Below, one piece after another: positions 14,017-25,600 of a stretch of 64,000 nucleotides of DNA. Under the pieces are notes generated by a model. It was not told the origin of the DNA. It ran no database searches and saw nothing but the letters and a program-made list of their open reading frames with translations. This DNA comes from Macrostomum lignano (lineage: Eukaryota). The position numbers and the translations under genes are program-made. Every line of letters starts with the position of its first letter. The stretch's first letter is position 1. The stretch spans positions 340,132-404,131 of the forward strand of contig NIVC01000930.1 of the NCBI GenBank assembly GCA_002269645.1, written 5' to 3'.

Positions 14017-15226
14017 TAAATCCAAAATATATATATAATAAAATTAAAAACAATAGCTTAGGGCCTAAATAAAATACCATCTAGTAAAACTATAAGCTAT
14101 AAACAGAATATAGATATCTTAAACTTGAAAGTTTCTTTGTATAGCTAAATAACTAAACTTTATATATGGTTACTTAAATAGCAATAATAATTGCAATCAT
14201 ATAAACCATTCATGTACATCTATCCTTATATTATATTATATACATGCGCAACTGCTAGCCAACCTAGCCAATCTGGCCACCATAAATTGTGGCAGACCAG
14301 GGGTAAGTCGCAAAAATGCCCACCCAAGGGAAACAGACATAGTACTAATTAGATGACGAGGCATTTAGCCCTTGTATGATAGTCATAGTTACTCCTGCCG
14401 TTTACCCACAATTGCGTTAATGTTGCTTTAGTTATTTTCACAGGTAAGTCGCATTTTTGGTTAAAAAGTAAGTCCCATAGCCAGTGTAAATCAGGGGGTT
14501 GCATATGTATGTTATATTATATGCAAAATATGCAATATATTATCAAAAGCTTTTTACATTAAAAAATTGCCACCTTTTTCCCCAGTAAGCAGTGTCTCAA
14601 CTAGTGTCCAATCACCTGGCCAACCATTTTGATATTAAAAAATGCTTGAAAAAACATTGAAAACTGGGCAGAAGCATCAATCTATCCTATCTCTGTCCTC
14701 TGCTCTTCCCAATCCCGCCTCATCCAGCCCAACTCTTCATTGTGTGGCACAAGTTGTGTCACTAAAAAATCAATCAATACTAAGCTAGAATTTACTGTGC
14801 ACTTTCAAAAGTGGCAACTTTTTAATGTTGTTTAGTATGTATAATAAGCCAAAAACAAATATTTACTAGGCTAATAATATTACCAAAAATTTGCATTACA
14901 AAAAATTTGTGGATTTTGTAAATAAGTCTCGTATATATTAGTTATAGAAAATATAGACTGTAGTTTAAATTAAATGAATCCTTAGGAAAAAAGAAAGAAA
15001 ACATGCTGTTAATCTGCCAAAATTAGCAACTGTTTGTACCATATGAAGTAACTTTTAAAGCCATGGTTTAATATTCTTATACTAATGATTCAAATTCATT
15101 TTCACACCTTCAGTCCACTTGCTATTAGCCATCAAGAAGCAGTGGTTTTACCTATCCCAATACCCAAGCAATTGGGCTTGCTTGCGGCAAACTTAAACCC
15201 TTGAGAGGCTAAAGCAAAGACTAAAA

Positions 15227-17449
15227 ATGAAGGTCAAGCGACTGGCCAACGCAGCCGGAGTCGCCCTGCCACTCGACGCCGACTATGCAGAGAGTCTCGA
15301 AGGCGGCGGTGCAGCTGCGGCAGATTCAGCTGGCCAAGCCGGCTCCGGCGTTGCCGAGGATGACGACGAGGGCTTGGATCTGGACGAATTCATTCAGCAG
15401 ATGATGATGGATGGTGGCGGTGACGGCCAAGCGCTGGTGGCTGACGAGCTGCCCATGCCCGACCAGCAGCAGCAGCAGCAGCAGCAGCCTCAGTATTACA
15501 CTGGGCCGGTCATGCAGCCAGCAGCGGCCGGGCTTGGCGTTGCTCAAGCCAACGGATTCGTCGATAATGGCTTTCGTTACCATGGCAACTATGGCGTCCA
15601 ACAGCCGTCGCTAGTACAGCCGCAGTTCAATCTGCAGTCTGCAGCTACCGCTAATTCATCTTCCGTCATCTTTCCACTGTCTGGTCCGCAGTCGCTGGGT
15701 TCAGAGTTTCAGCAGCAGCAGCAGCAGCAGCAGCAAACTGCTCAGGTGTCCCAGCAGCAGCAGCAGCAGCCGCCTTCGGGAATTCGAGCTGCCATTAATC
15801 TGCGTAAGCGACCTCTGCAATCGCAGCAGCAGCAGCAACAGCTTCTGCTAGATTTGCCCGAATCGTCTAACGACGCATTCGATACTAAGCCTATTATCCA
15901 GAAGCAGCAGCAGAAGCAGCAAAATCAGGAATCCAATTCCAAATCGTCTGTTGGCGGTGATTCGAATTCAACAGCGATAACAGCTGGGGACGCTGGCGGC
16001 GGAGATTTGACTATAGAGGATCCGAGCGAGAGAAAACGATTGAAGAATGCTCAATTAGCTAGGTGAGTTGACCTGCTCAGATTGTATCAGCGTCACTTTG
16101 TTTGTTGGGTCAATTCCAGGGTCAGTGCCAGTGTGTTGGGTCAGTGCCAGAGTCTTTAGGGTCAGTGCCAGAGTCTGTAGGGTCAGTGCCAGAGTCTGTA
16201 GGGTCAGTGCCAGAGTCTGTAGGGTCAGTGCCAGAGTCTGTAGGGTCAGTGCCAGTGTCTGTAGGGTCAGTGCCAGTGTCTGTAGGGTCAGTGCCAGTGT
16301 CTGTAGGGTCAGTGTCTGTGTCTGTAGGGTCAGTGCCAGTGTCTGTAGGGTCAGTGTCTGTGTCTGTAGGGTCAGTGCCAGTGTCTGTAGGGTCAGTGCC
16401 AGTGTCTGTAGGGTCAGTGCCAGTGTCTGTAGGGTCAGTGTCAGTGTCTGTAGGGTCAGTGCCAGAGTCTGTAGGGTCAGTGTCAGTGTCTGTAGGGTCA
16501 GTGCCAGAGTCTGTAGGGTCAGTGCCAGTGTCTGTAGGGTCAGTGCCAGTGTCTGTAGGGTCAGTGCCAGTGTCTGTAGGGTCAGTGTCTGTGTCTGTAG
16601 GGTCAGTGCCAGTGTCTGTAGGGTCAGTGCCAGTGTCTGTAGGGTCAGTGTCTGTGTCTGTAGGGTCAGTGCCAGTGTCTGTAGGGTCAGTGTCAGTGTC
16701 TGTAGGGTCAGTGCCAGAGTCTGTAGGGTCAGTGTCAGTGTCTGTAGGGTCAGTGCCAGAGTCTGTAGGGTCAGTGCCAGAGTCTGTAGGGTCAGTGCCA
16801 GTGTCTGTAGGGTCAGTGCCAGTGTCTGTAGGGTCAGTGTCTGTGTCTGTAGGGTCAGTGCCAGTGTCTGTAGGGTCAGTGTCTGTGTCTGTAGGGTCAG
16901 TGCCAGTGTCTGTTGGGTAAGGGTTAATTTCGATTGAGTCGGGGGTCTGGACCAACACCTATTGTATGCTATAACGAGGCTTCTAAAAATTGCACTTCAA
17001 TGTTCAGAGAAAATCGAGAAAAGAAAAAGCAACACGTTCAAGAGCTGGAGAATCGAGTCCGAGACCTCGAATCGGCATTGTCCGCCTCGCGCGAGCGCGA
17101 ATCGAGCTTAACAAGCGAATTAAGCTCATCTAAGCGGCATAACAACTATCTGCTGTCGGTGCTGTACAGGCAGAGCGAGCTGGCCTCGTTCTTGTCCACC
17201 GTGCCTGCGCTGGTGTCCCGAGAGCGCCAGCTGCAGCTGCAGCAACCGCAAGCAACTAGAGATACGGACAGTCAGACAACTACAGGCGGAATTTGTTTGC
17301 ACCTGGACAATCAAGAGACTGTATCTGTTTTGTTGTGCGACAAATGCGCCGCTCTGGGTGGCGGCGGCAGCGTCGGTGACGCGGTGCTAGGCGGATCTGC
17401 TTCGCAGCCTTCGTCTTTAACTGGGAATCAGTCGAATCTGTCGCTTTGA
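15227..17449 (+). CDS. CREBZF: CREBZF (Zhangfei)/REPTOR-BP-like bZIP transcription factor, 2 exons, 425 aa
   Basis: Exons 15227-16062 and 17008-17449 (phase-2 GT-AG intron) rebuild the basic region ERKRLKNAQLARENREKKKQHVQELENRVRDLE plus a leucine zipper. The C-terminal GGICLHLDNQETVSVLLCDKCA matches the CREBZF-type GGVCLHV...VSVEFC--C motif as recalled. Confidence 0.82.
16117..16917. repeat. 21-bp minisatellite (gtagggtcagtgccagtgtct)n in the bZIP intron
   Basis: Directly visible; explains ORFs 16068, 16102 and 16122. Confidence 0.96.
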
Positions 17450-17550
17450 AGGCAATTTGTGAGCGTAGTTATGTGTAGCCTGTACGCTGGATGCTTTCGG
17501 TTTATGACAGCGTGAATACTGCTTGAGCTTTCTAGGATTGTCATCTGTGC

Positions 17551-18340
17551 CTAAGGGGTCGTAGTGGCATTTACTGAAACACCTGAGAGAATAGTGGCAC
17601 CCGCTGAAGGAACTGAAGGAATGGTGGTACCCGATGAAGTAACTGAGGTGGTAGTGTCACTCACTGAAGGACCTGAGGTCGTAGTGTCACTCACTGAAGG
17701 ACCTGAGGTCGTAGTGTCACTCACTGAGAGGACCTGAGGTCGTAGTGTCACTCCCTGAAGGAATGGCGAGACCCGCTGAAGGACCTGAGGAGGTGACAGC
17801 ACCCACTGAAGGGCCTGAGGAGGTGACAGCACCCACTGAAGGGCCTGAGGAGGTGACAGCACCCACTGAAGGGCCTGAGGAGGTGACAGCACCCACTGAA
17901 AAGCCTGAGGAGGTGACAGCACCCACTGAAAAGCCTGAGGAGGTGACAGCACCCACTGAAGGGCCTGAGGAGGTGACAGCACCCACTGAAGGGCCTGAGG
18001 AGGTGACAGCACCCACTGAAGGGCCTGAGGAGGTGACAGCACCCACTGAAGGGCCTGAGGAGGTGACAGCACCCACTGAAGGGCCTGAGGAGGTGACAGC
18101 ACCCACTGAAGGGCCTGAGGAGGTGACAGCACCCACTGAAGGGCCTGAGGAGGTGACAGCACCCACTGAAGGGCCTGAGGAGGTGACAGCACCCACTGAA
18201 GGGCCTGAGGAGGTGACAGCACCCACTGAAGGGCCTGAGGAGGTGACAGCACCCACTGAAGGGCCTGAGGAGGAGAAGACAGCACCCACTGAAGGGCCTG
18301 AGGAGGAGAAGACAGAACCCACTGACCTGAATCCTGGGGT
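17551..18340 (-). other. 30-bp tandem repeat with mucin-like coding potential (SSGPSVGAVT / SVSDTTTSGP on minus; EEVTAPTEGP on plus), with one +1 indel
   Basis: About 17 near-perfect 30-bp units at 17770-18300 plus diverged units at 17560-17770 that keep multiple-of-three spacing. An extra G at about 17728 (ctgagaggacc versus ctgaaggacc) breaks the frame. Coding strand and upstream exons are unresolved. Confidence 0.4.
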
Positions 18341-19459
18341 GTTCGCTCAGATTTTGTCAAAACAATTCTAATGTAGATAATTTCTTAAAAAATTGACACA
18401 TTTGACAACCGTTCGTGTGACTATGGAGTGTATTTTGTGTCAATAAAACTATTTATTTACATTTAGTAATCATTATTACCTTTCTGTATTTAATTTTTGC
18501 TACGCTAAATTTCCATATCTATTAGTACATTTTTAGCATCGAACTTATAACTCGTATTCAATCGTAGTTTCTTACGTAGTCAATGCATTCATTGGCTTAG
18601 TTTCAAAGTTTATATAAAAATGACTTTACAAAGTTATATCACTACATATCGGTAGGCAGGTAAGTGAATTCTGATTAAATCTGCCGCAATGTGTTTTTGT
18701 GTAATCGTCCATTCCTTCATCACTTACGAGGTAGCATTTCTTCCTTCTAGAGAGTAAAAATCTATAAAATTCACAAATCTATTATAATATTTTATTAGCA
18801 AACCCTAACTTGGCTACTCGCAACACACCAGTAGTTTGTTACGGTTATTTGCGTGTTCTGTTTGTAAAGTTTGTAAAATTTTGACGTGCCATGCATTTCT
18901 TCTGAAGCTGTCCGACTTTCTTCGGAGAATTTTAATAAATAATTAATTACAATTTTCTGTCTTTTTAACCAATGGATGAAATTTATTGAGAATTAATATT
19001 TTTACTGTAATTACTGTTGTCAATTAAACCAAGCGGACTATTATTCAGACGCATTGTAATTTATCACATTTTGCCTTACTGACATTTTTGAAATGAAATT
19101 ATTGCATTAGACAATGTAGAGCAGTTGTGCCCAAAATATACAGCCCCTGGTTTCTTGTTTAAAAAACATTTCTGTTACAGTCTTAAAGTAAACTTTATTA
19201 AATTTTAGATTATTTAATGATAATAATATTGTCATTGAGCTCATGTGTTACGGAGAACCAACATCTGAGCAGTTTGCTTTCTACATCTGCATATTTATTA
19301 CGCAACAAAAATGTTGTAGAATGTTCATGATTACTTAAAAATAAAAAAACTTAAAACACAGATTTTGTGTACACGTTTCTATTTATCATTTTGGCGTGTT
19401 TTTTTATTTGTTCTTTGCTAAAATAAGCCGGAATACAAGTTTTAGAGTCTTCATCTTCC

Positions 19460-20228
19460 AGCATCCAATGATACGAGTTCCTGCAGTTCCATGGGGAATA
19501 TCATTGATGAGGCCGCTTCCAGCATCCCGTGTGTGTCTGTAGTTCTATGAGGATATCATTGATGAGGCCGCTTCCAGCATCCCGTGTGTGTCTGTAGTTC
19601 TATGAGGATATCATTGATGAGGCCGCTTCCAGCATCCCATATGTCTGTAGTTCCATGGGGATATCATTGATGAGGCCGCTTCCAGCATCCCATATGTCTG
19701 TAGTTCCATGGGGATATCATTGATGAGGCCACTTCCAGCATCCCATGATACCTGCAGTTCCATGGGGATATTGATGAGGCCGCTTCCAGCATCCCGTGTA
19801 TGTCTGTAGTTCCATGGGGATATCTTTGATGAGGTTGCTTCCAGTATCCCATGATACCTGCAGTTCCATGGGGATATTGATGAGGCCGCTTCCAGCATCC
19901 CGTGTATGTCTGTAGTTCCATGGGGATATCTTTGATGAGGTTGCTTCCAGTATCCCATGATACCTGCAGTTCCATGGGGGATATTAGTGATGAGGCTGCT
20001 TCCAGCATCCCATGATACCTGCAGTTCTATGAGGATATCATTGATGAGGCCGCTTCCAGTATCCCGTGTATGTCTGCAGTTCCATGGGGATATCATTTAT
20101 GAGGCTGCTTCCAGCATCCCATGGCCATGATACCTGCAGTTCCATGGGATATCATTGATGAGGCCGCTTCCAGCATCCCGTGTATGTCTGTAGTTCCATG
20201 GGGATATCTTTGATGAGGCTACTTCCAG
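19460..20228. repeat. 53-55-bp minisatellite with two alternating variants
   Basis: Recurrent atatcattgatgaggccgcttccagcatccc...gcagttccatgggg. Confidence 0.93.
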
Positions 20229-20319
20229 CGTCAATTTCTGTTAGGGATTAGGTAAGAATGTTGGCTGATACAATATCCTGTATCAAACTGAATCACTTCA
20301 TGTTGATCGCAGCAACAAC

Positions 20320-20567
20320 ATGGGATTCGGTCTATTCAGCCTGCTCGAGGCTGGCCTCCTACTGCTCAACGCAATCTGCGTGCTTCATCGCGAACGATTC
20401 CTAGCCAGATTCGGCTGGAGCTCTCTGAGCAGAGAGACTTCGGCGAGCCCGGCGTGACTGCCAAAGGTCAGTTGGTGAATCTGGTGAACAGTGTGCAGTT
20501 TGTGATGCGCGGGCCGCTCATTGTTGTGAACTCTTTGGTTATTGTTTATAAACTTGTGCTAGGCTGA
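20320..20567 (+). CDS. IER3IP1: IER3IP1/Yos1 ER-Golgi membrane protein, intronless, interrupted by a 2-nt frameshift (error or pseudogene)
   Basis: MGFGLFSLLEAGLLLLNAICVLHRERFLARFGWS, then after a shift at the (ct)3 run 20421-20426, DFGEPGVTAKGQLVNLVNSVQFVMRGPLIVVNSLVIVYKLVLG*. The span is 248 nt; removing 2 nt gives 81 aa, matching the family motifs LNA--VLH-ERFL and K-QL-NL--SV---MR-PLI-VN. Missed by the ORF track. Confidence 0.9.
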
Positions 20568-20689
20568 TGGCGACCAAGGGGAACATAAAATTTCCCCTGG
20601 CTTAGGGCGTCATGCAGTTTTACCTTATCGGTGATTTCTGATTATGCAAGAAGTTCCTGTTTTGAAACATTTTATCCACAGCGCATGGA

Positions 20690-21480
20690 TAAAAACATCC
20701 CCAATCCCAATTATCCCAATATTAGAAATCCCAGATCCCAAATTATCCCAATATTGAAACTGCCAGATCCCAATTATCCCTATATTGGAAATCCTAGATC
20801 CCAATAATCCCTTTATTAAAAATCTCAGATTCAAAATTATCCCTATATTGGAAATCCCAGATCTCAATTATCCCAATATTGAAAATTCCAGATTCAAAAT
20901 TATCCCTATATTGGAAATCCCAGATCTCAATTATCCCAATATTGAAAATTCCAGATTCAAAATTATCCCTATATTGGAAATCCCAGATCTCGATTATCCC
21001 AATATTGAAAATCCCAGATCCAAAATTATCCCTATATTGGAAATCCCAGATCTCAATTATCCCAATATTGAAAATCCCAGATCCAAAATTATCCCTATAT
21101 TGGAAATCCCAGATCTCAATTATCCCAATATTGAAAATTCCAGATTCAAAATTATCCCTATATTGGAAATCCCAGATCTCGATTATCCCAATATTGAAAA
21201 TCCCAGATCCAAAATTATCCCTATATTGGAAATCCCAGATCCCAATTATCCCAATATTGGAAATCCCAGATCTCAATTATCCCAATATTGGAAATCCCAG
21301 ATCCAAAATTATCCCTATATTGGAAATCCCAGATCCCAATTATCCCAATATTGGAAATCCCAGATCCAAAATTATCCCTATATTGGAAATCCCAGATCCC
21401 AATTATCCCAATATTGGAAATCCTAGATCCAAAATTATCCCTATATTGGAAATCCCAGATCCAAATTATCCCAATATTAA
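20690..21480. repeat. 63-bp higher-order minisatellite built from 31- and 32-bp subunits
   Basis: Alternating gaaatcccagatctcaattatcccaatatt and gaaaattccagattcaaaattatccctatattg-type subunits; the ORF track shows a 21-aa period. Confidence 0.93.
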
Positions 21481-22381
21481 GAATGCCAGACCTCTTGATG
21501 ATGGGTTTTCAGTTACTCTATTCAACCGTTTTCACCATATAGTTAATCCTCCATTGCCAGTGGGGCAAATTAGCGGTCTGTGTTTCATCTTCCTCATCAT
21601 AGTGCACGATTATAGTGAACATGGATTGCTATCCCGCTATAATTATTTGCTTATCTGTATTTAATGTGCGCGTGATTGTTCAAATGATGCAAAAAATTTA
21701 CCAAGTAAAATATATCTGCTCGAAAATAAATATTTGCTTAATTAAAATATTATTTTCGGGTTGATTTCTTTCATTTTAGTAAACTGTGTATCAATAGGTA
21801 GCTTTGAGTAGCACACAGGGTTCATACGATGACTTTATCGGTTATAGATACCCAATGCAAAGCAGTTATCAACAATGAAAGTACATAGAGTACTTTTATA
21901 GGACACCTTGGCGCAACGCCTTGGGCAACAACGTCACACTGCAACCCAACGCTGAGGCCAAGGGTCGTGGGGGGGGGGCGAGAGTCCGGCCTGTGTTTAC
22001 CACATGAGTACTTTGTACTTTCTCAACTTTGGTTCTAGAAAATTTGAGCATTGCCTCCTGTCACAAACAGACTGCTCAATAGCAGCTACTCTAACTTGTG
22101 CTCCCCCCTCAGTTTGGCCAGAAAAAGTACACACCGCTCCTGATAAGATGGAGTGCAAACACTGGCGTACTCGCTGTTCCTTCATCAAGGCAATTTTAAT
22201 GAAATTTAAACTGTAAAAATGGCTTATCGATATTGCAGCATATTGAGCTTCGCCTTTCAAACATACTCATCGTCTTGTAGTTTAACAACCCTAACCGCAA
22301 TACATTCGCTCTACGACAAGGCCTGCGTGCATTGAAAAAGTAACAGACTAAAGACCCAGAATCTTGGCCTCATCATTCGCC

Positions 22382-25009
22382 ATGAGCGGCGCTGCTAGCA
22401 CAAGCGGCAACTGCATGCAGTCTCCGCAGCAGCTGCAGAAGCAGCAGCAGCAACAACAACAACAGCAGCAACAGCAAAAGCTGTCTGGCAGCAGCGGCGA
22501 AGACATGGACGGCTTGGCCGCAGCCTATGAGCGTCTGGCTGTGCGGTTCAACCAGCTGGAGGCCGCATACAACCAGCTGCGTCCTGCGGCCGCCGCCGCA
22601 TCCTCTTCATCTACGGCACCTCTGCCAGCCTGTTTCCGATCAACGGCGATTGACAGCTCGACTGGCGCTAGCGCTTGCAGCGATCACGAATCGTCAAATA
22701 ATTTGGCTTCGTCAGCTGGTGCGCAGGCAGCAGCTGCCGCCGTCGCCGCTGCGTCGTCGTCTGCGTCGGCGCTTCCCGCCTCGCCGACATCTCCCGGAGC
22801 GTCGACTGTGGCTAAACCAAATCTGCAGCAGCAGCACGGGGGTATGCCGTTGCTTAGTAATAAGCCGGTTAGTCTGCTCCTAGAAGAGATTGAACGGCTT
22901 AGGGAAAGGGCTGAACGAGCAGAGAGTCTGGCGGCGGCCTGGGAACGGCAGGCTGGTCACACTATTGAACAGCTGGAGCTGCTGGGCAGTCAGCTGGAGG
23001 AGTTGCACACGGCTGCACTTGGCGCCGGATCAGAAGGTGGCAGGGCCTGTCGGATGCTGGAAGCTGGGCTGGCCGGTCTGCGCAGGCTGGTTAGCGGTCA
23101 GAGGGCCCTGCTGGACAAGCTAGTGCTGCGCGAGTCTGCCCGATTTCAGCAGCAGCAGCAGCAACAGATGATGCAACAGCAGAGACGACGGAGGCGCGTA
23201 CCCGATTCGCCAGCGGGGTTAGTTTTTTAGCGTTTTTTAAGAACAGTGGTTGGTGTCTGGCCTGTCTTATATTTTTTGGTTTTAAAGTGGTATTTAATGA
23301 GATATTTTTTGGTTTTAAAGTGGTGCACGTGCACGTTTTAATGTTTTATTATTTCGTTATGGGTTGGCATCGAGGTATTTTTATTGGTTGATTTGGTGTA
23401 TTTTAGGGTTGGAACTGGCGTGTTTTTATTAGGGGGTGAGATTAGTGTGATTATTAGAGGGTGACGTTGGTGTGTTTTATTAAGGAGTGGGGTTGGCGTG
23501 TTTTATGAGGGGTGGGGCTGGTGTGTTTTATTAAGGGGTGAGGTTGGTGTGTTTTATTAAGGGGTGACGTTGGTGTGTTTTATTAAGGGGTGAAGTTGGT
23601 GTGTTTTTTAGGGGGGTGAGGTTGGTGTGCTTTATGAGGGGTGAGGCTGGTGTGTTTTATGAGGGGTGAGGTTGGTGTGTTTTATTAGGGGTGAGGTTGG
23701 TGTGTTTTATTAGGGGTGAGGTTGGTGTGTTTTATTAGGGGTGAGGTTGGTGTGTTTTATTAGGGGTGAGGTTGGTGTGTTTTATTAAGGGGTGAGGTTG
23801 GTGAGTCTTATGAGGGGTGGGTATGTAGAGTTGTTTTTAGACAATTGTGATTGGCTTATTATCCTCACCGTGTCCTTGTGAGGACTCAATAGATGTGATT
23901 ATCGTCCTTCCTCGGCTGCAGCTGTGCATACAAATTCTAAGTAAGCAACTGTACCAAAATCTACTCAGGGAAGCAGAGGCCGACATGGACGGCGGCGACA
24001 GTCCTGCCGATCTGGGCCGTCCGCCGCAGCAGCAACCGCAACAACAGCTCAAGAAGCTGCGCCGTCGAAAGCGGCATCATCATCAGCAGCAGCAGCATCG
24101 CTACGCCGATGAAGACAACAACGAGGCCGATCTCGATGACGAGTTGGACAATGAGGACGACCATCTGGATGGCGAGGACGACGACGAGGTCATCGAGTAC
24201 ATTCAGCCGGATGGGGCGGCAGCGGCATCCGCGTCCGCCGATGGCGGCTCATCGCACTACGATAATTATGGAGGCGGCGGCAGTGGCGACGGTGGCAACA
24301 GCGACAACTGGAGCCGTTGGATGCTGGCTCCGTCTTCGAGCCTGCTGCCGCGGACGGATTCTCTGGATCATCTGCGCGACGACGATGACGATTACCGGGG
24401 ATTCGGCGAGGCCGGGGCCGCGGCGAACTTTAACAGCTACGAGGTTCAGGTGAGATGAAGTGCTTAGCTCTACCGTCTGCAGCTAAAGTGTCTGTCACTG
24501 CAGTGCCTAAATATCCTTAGTGTCTGCCACTGCAGTGCCTAAATATCCGTAGTGTCCTTCACTGCAGTGCCTAAATATCCGTAGTTTCTGTCACTGCAGT
24601 GCCTAAATATCCGTAATGTCTGTCACTGCAGTGCCTAAATATCTGTAGTGTCTGTCACTGAAGTGCAGCGACCATCGCTAACCGCTCGCAGGGCCTGGAG
24701 ACGCGCCACTACAACTCAGTTGACGACATGCGCGCCTGGCTCGCTGCTGGCGCTTCAGGAGGCGGCGGCAGCGGCGGCGGTTTCCAAGGCTTTGCCGACG
24801 ATGTTACGCTTGATGAAGAAGTCAGCCGCTGTCTTCGTCAACAACAGCATCAGCAGCAGCAGCATCATCTAATGATGGAGACAGACTCAGCTTCCGGCTG
24901 CGGCTCTGGCGAACGTATGCGCTGCCCTGTGTGCGGTCTGAGCATGCCGCCGAATGGTGACTTGTCAGCATTTAATTTGCACGTGAACAGCCACTTTGCG
25001 GACGATTAA
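22382..25009 (+). CDS. TANK/AZI2/TBKBP1 (Spindle-F)-like TBK1/IKK-epsilon adaptor, 3 exons, 544 aa
   Basis: Exons 22382-23217, 23969-24449 and 24692-25009 join in frame (1635 nt). N-terminal coiled coil with L--AYE-L--R, central RMLEAGLAGLRRLVSGQRALLDKL resembling the TBK1-binding domain (L--L---Q--LL-KL), and a C-terminal UBZ-type finger CPVCGLSMPPNGDLSAFNLHVNSHF. Confidence 0.75.
23430..23820. repeat. 25-26-bp GT-rich minisatellite (ggggtgaggttggtgtgttttatta)n in intron 1 of the adaptor gene
   Basis: Directly visible. Confidence 0.92.
24485..24662. repeat. 32-bp minisatellite containing the palindrome CACTGCAGTG, intron 2 of the adaptor gene
   Basis: About 5 copies of gtgtctgtcactgcagtgcctaaatatccgta. 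Confidence 0.92.
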
Positions 25010-25186
25010 AAAAGGTCCAAATTATTCCCTGCTGAAAAATGTTCTATGTGGGTTTTTTCTAGCGCATAGCAACTACATATCTTAGTTGCTTTGCTTTTTG
25101 CAGCCCATTTGGGCCTACACGCATTGAATTTAATCCAAGATATGCGCATTTAATTTGGTCCAACAAGCATCAGTTTGGTCCAGACG

Positions 25187-25600
25187 CTTCATTTGCAAGC
25201 GATCGAAGCACTCGACAGAGTTGAACACCCAAAGGACATTGCAAGGTTGCTCAATGTAAATTAAAGAGAAAATGGTTTACAGCATCCAGTTTACAGGCTA
25301 GAGCCTCGGGTCCAACTGCTACTCGATGCAATTGAGATGAACCCTTTGTTGACGTTGCAGAAAATGCAGCAGAAGTTTAAGGAACTGTTCCAGTTGGTTG
25401 TCAGATTGTTGGTACAGACGCTGACATTCTCAGTAGTACGCAACAACCTGCAGACGGTTGCGAGAAGGCAAGAGTTGTACCGAATGGCTCACGAGCGTTT
25501 GGATCAGATTGACGTTTGTTGAACCAAATTAAATGCCATAGACAAGAGCTCCGTTACTTTGGCAAACGTATCTTGGATTAACTTCAATGCGTGTAGGTCC
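25187..25600 (+). pseudogene. Decayed Tc1-like transposase fragment (HTH region through the first catalytic Asp region)
   Basis: Interrupted frames read LHLQAIEALDRVEHPKDIARLLN, LEPRVQLLLDAIEMNPLLTLQKMQQKFKELF and VRNNLQTVARRQELY, then an FV-(DE)TKLN-like segment. This resembles the Tc1 HTH/winged-helix layout as recalled. No TIRs found. Confidence 0.5.

Noticed and set aside
16068-21664. Repeat-derived ORFs at 16068-16958, 19611-20096 and 20785-21664
   Set aside because: They coincide exactly with 21-, 55- and 63-bp minisatellites, and one lies in a well-supported intron.
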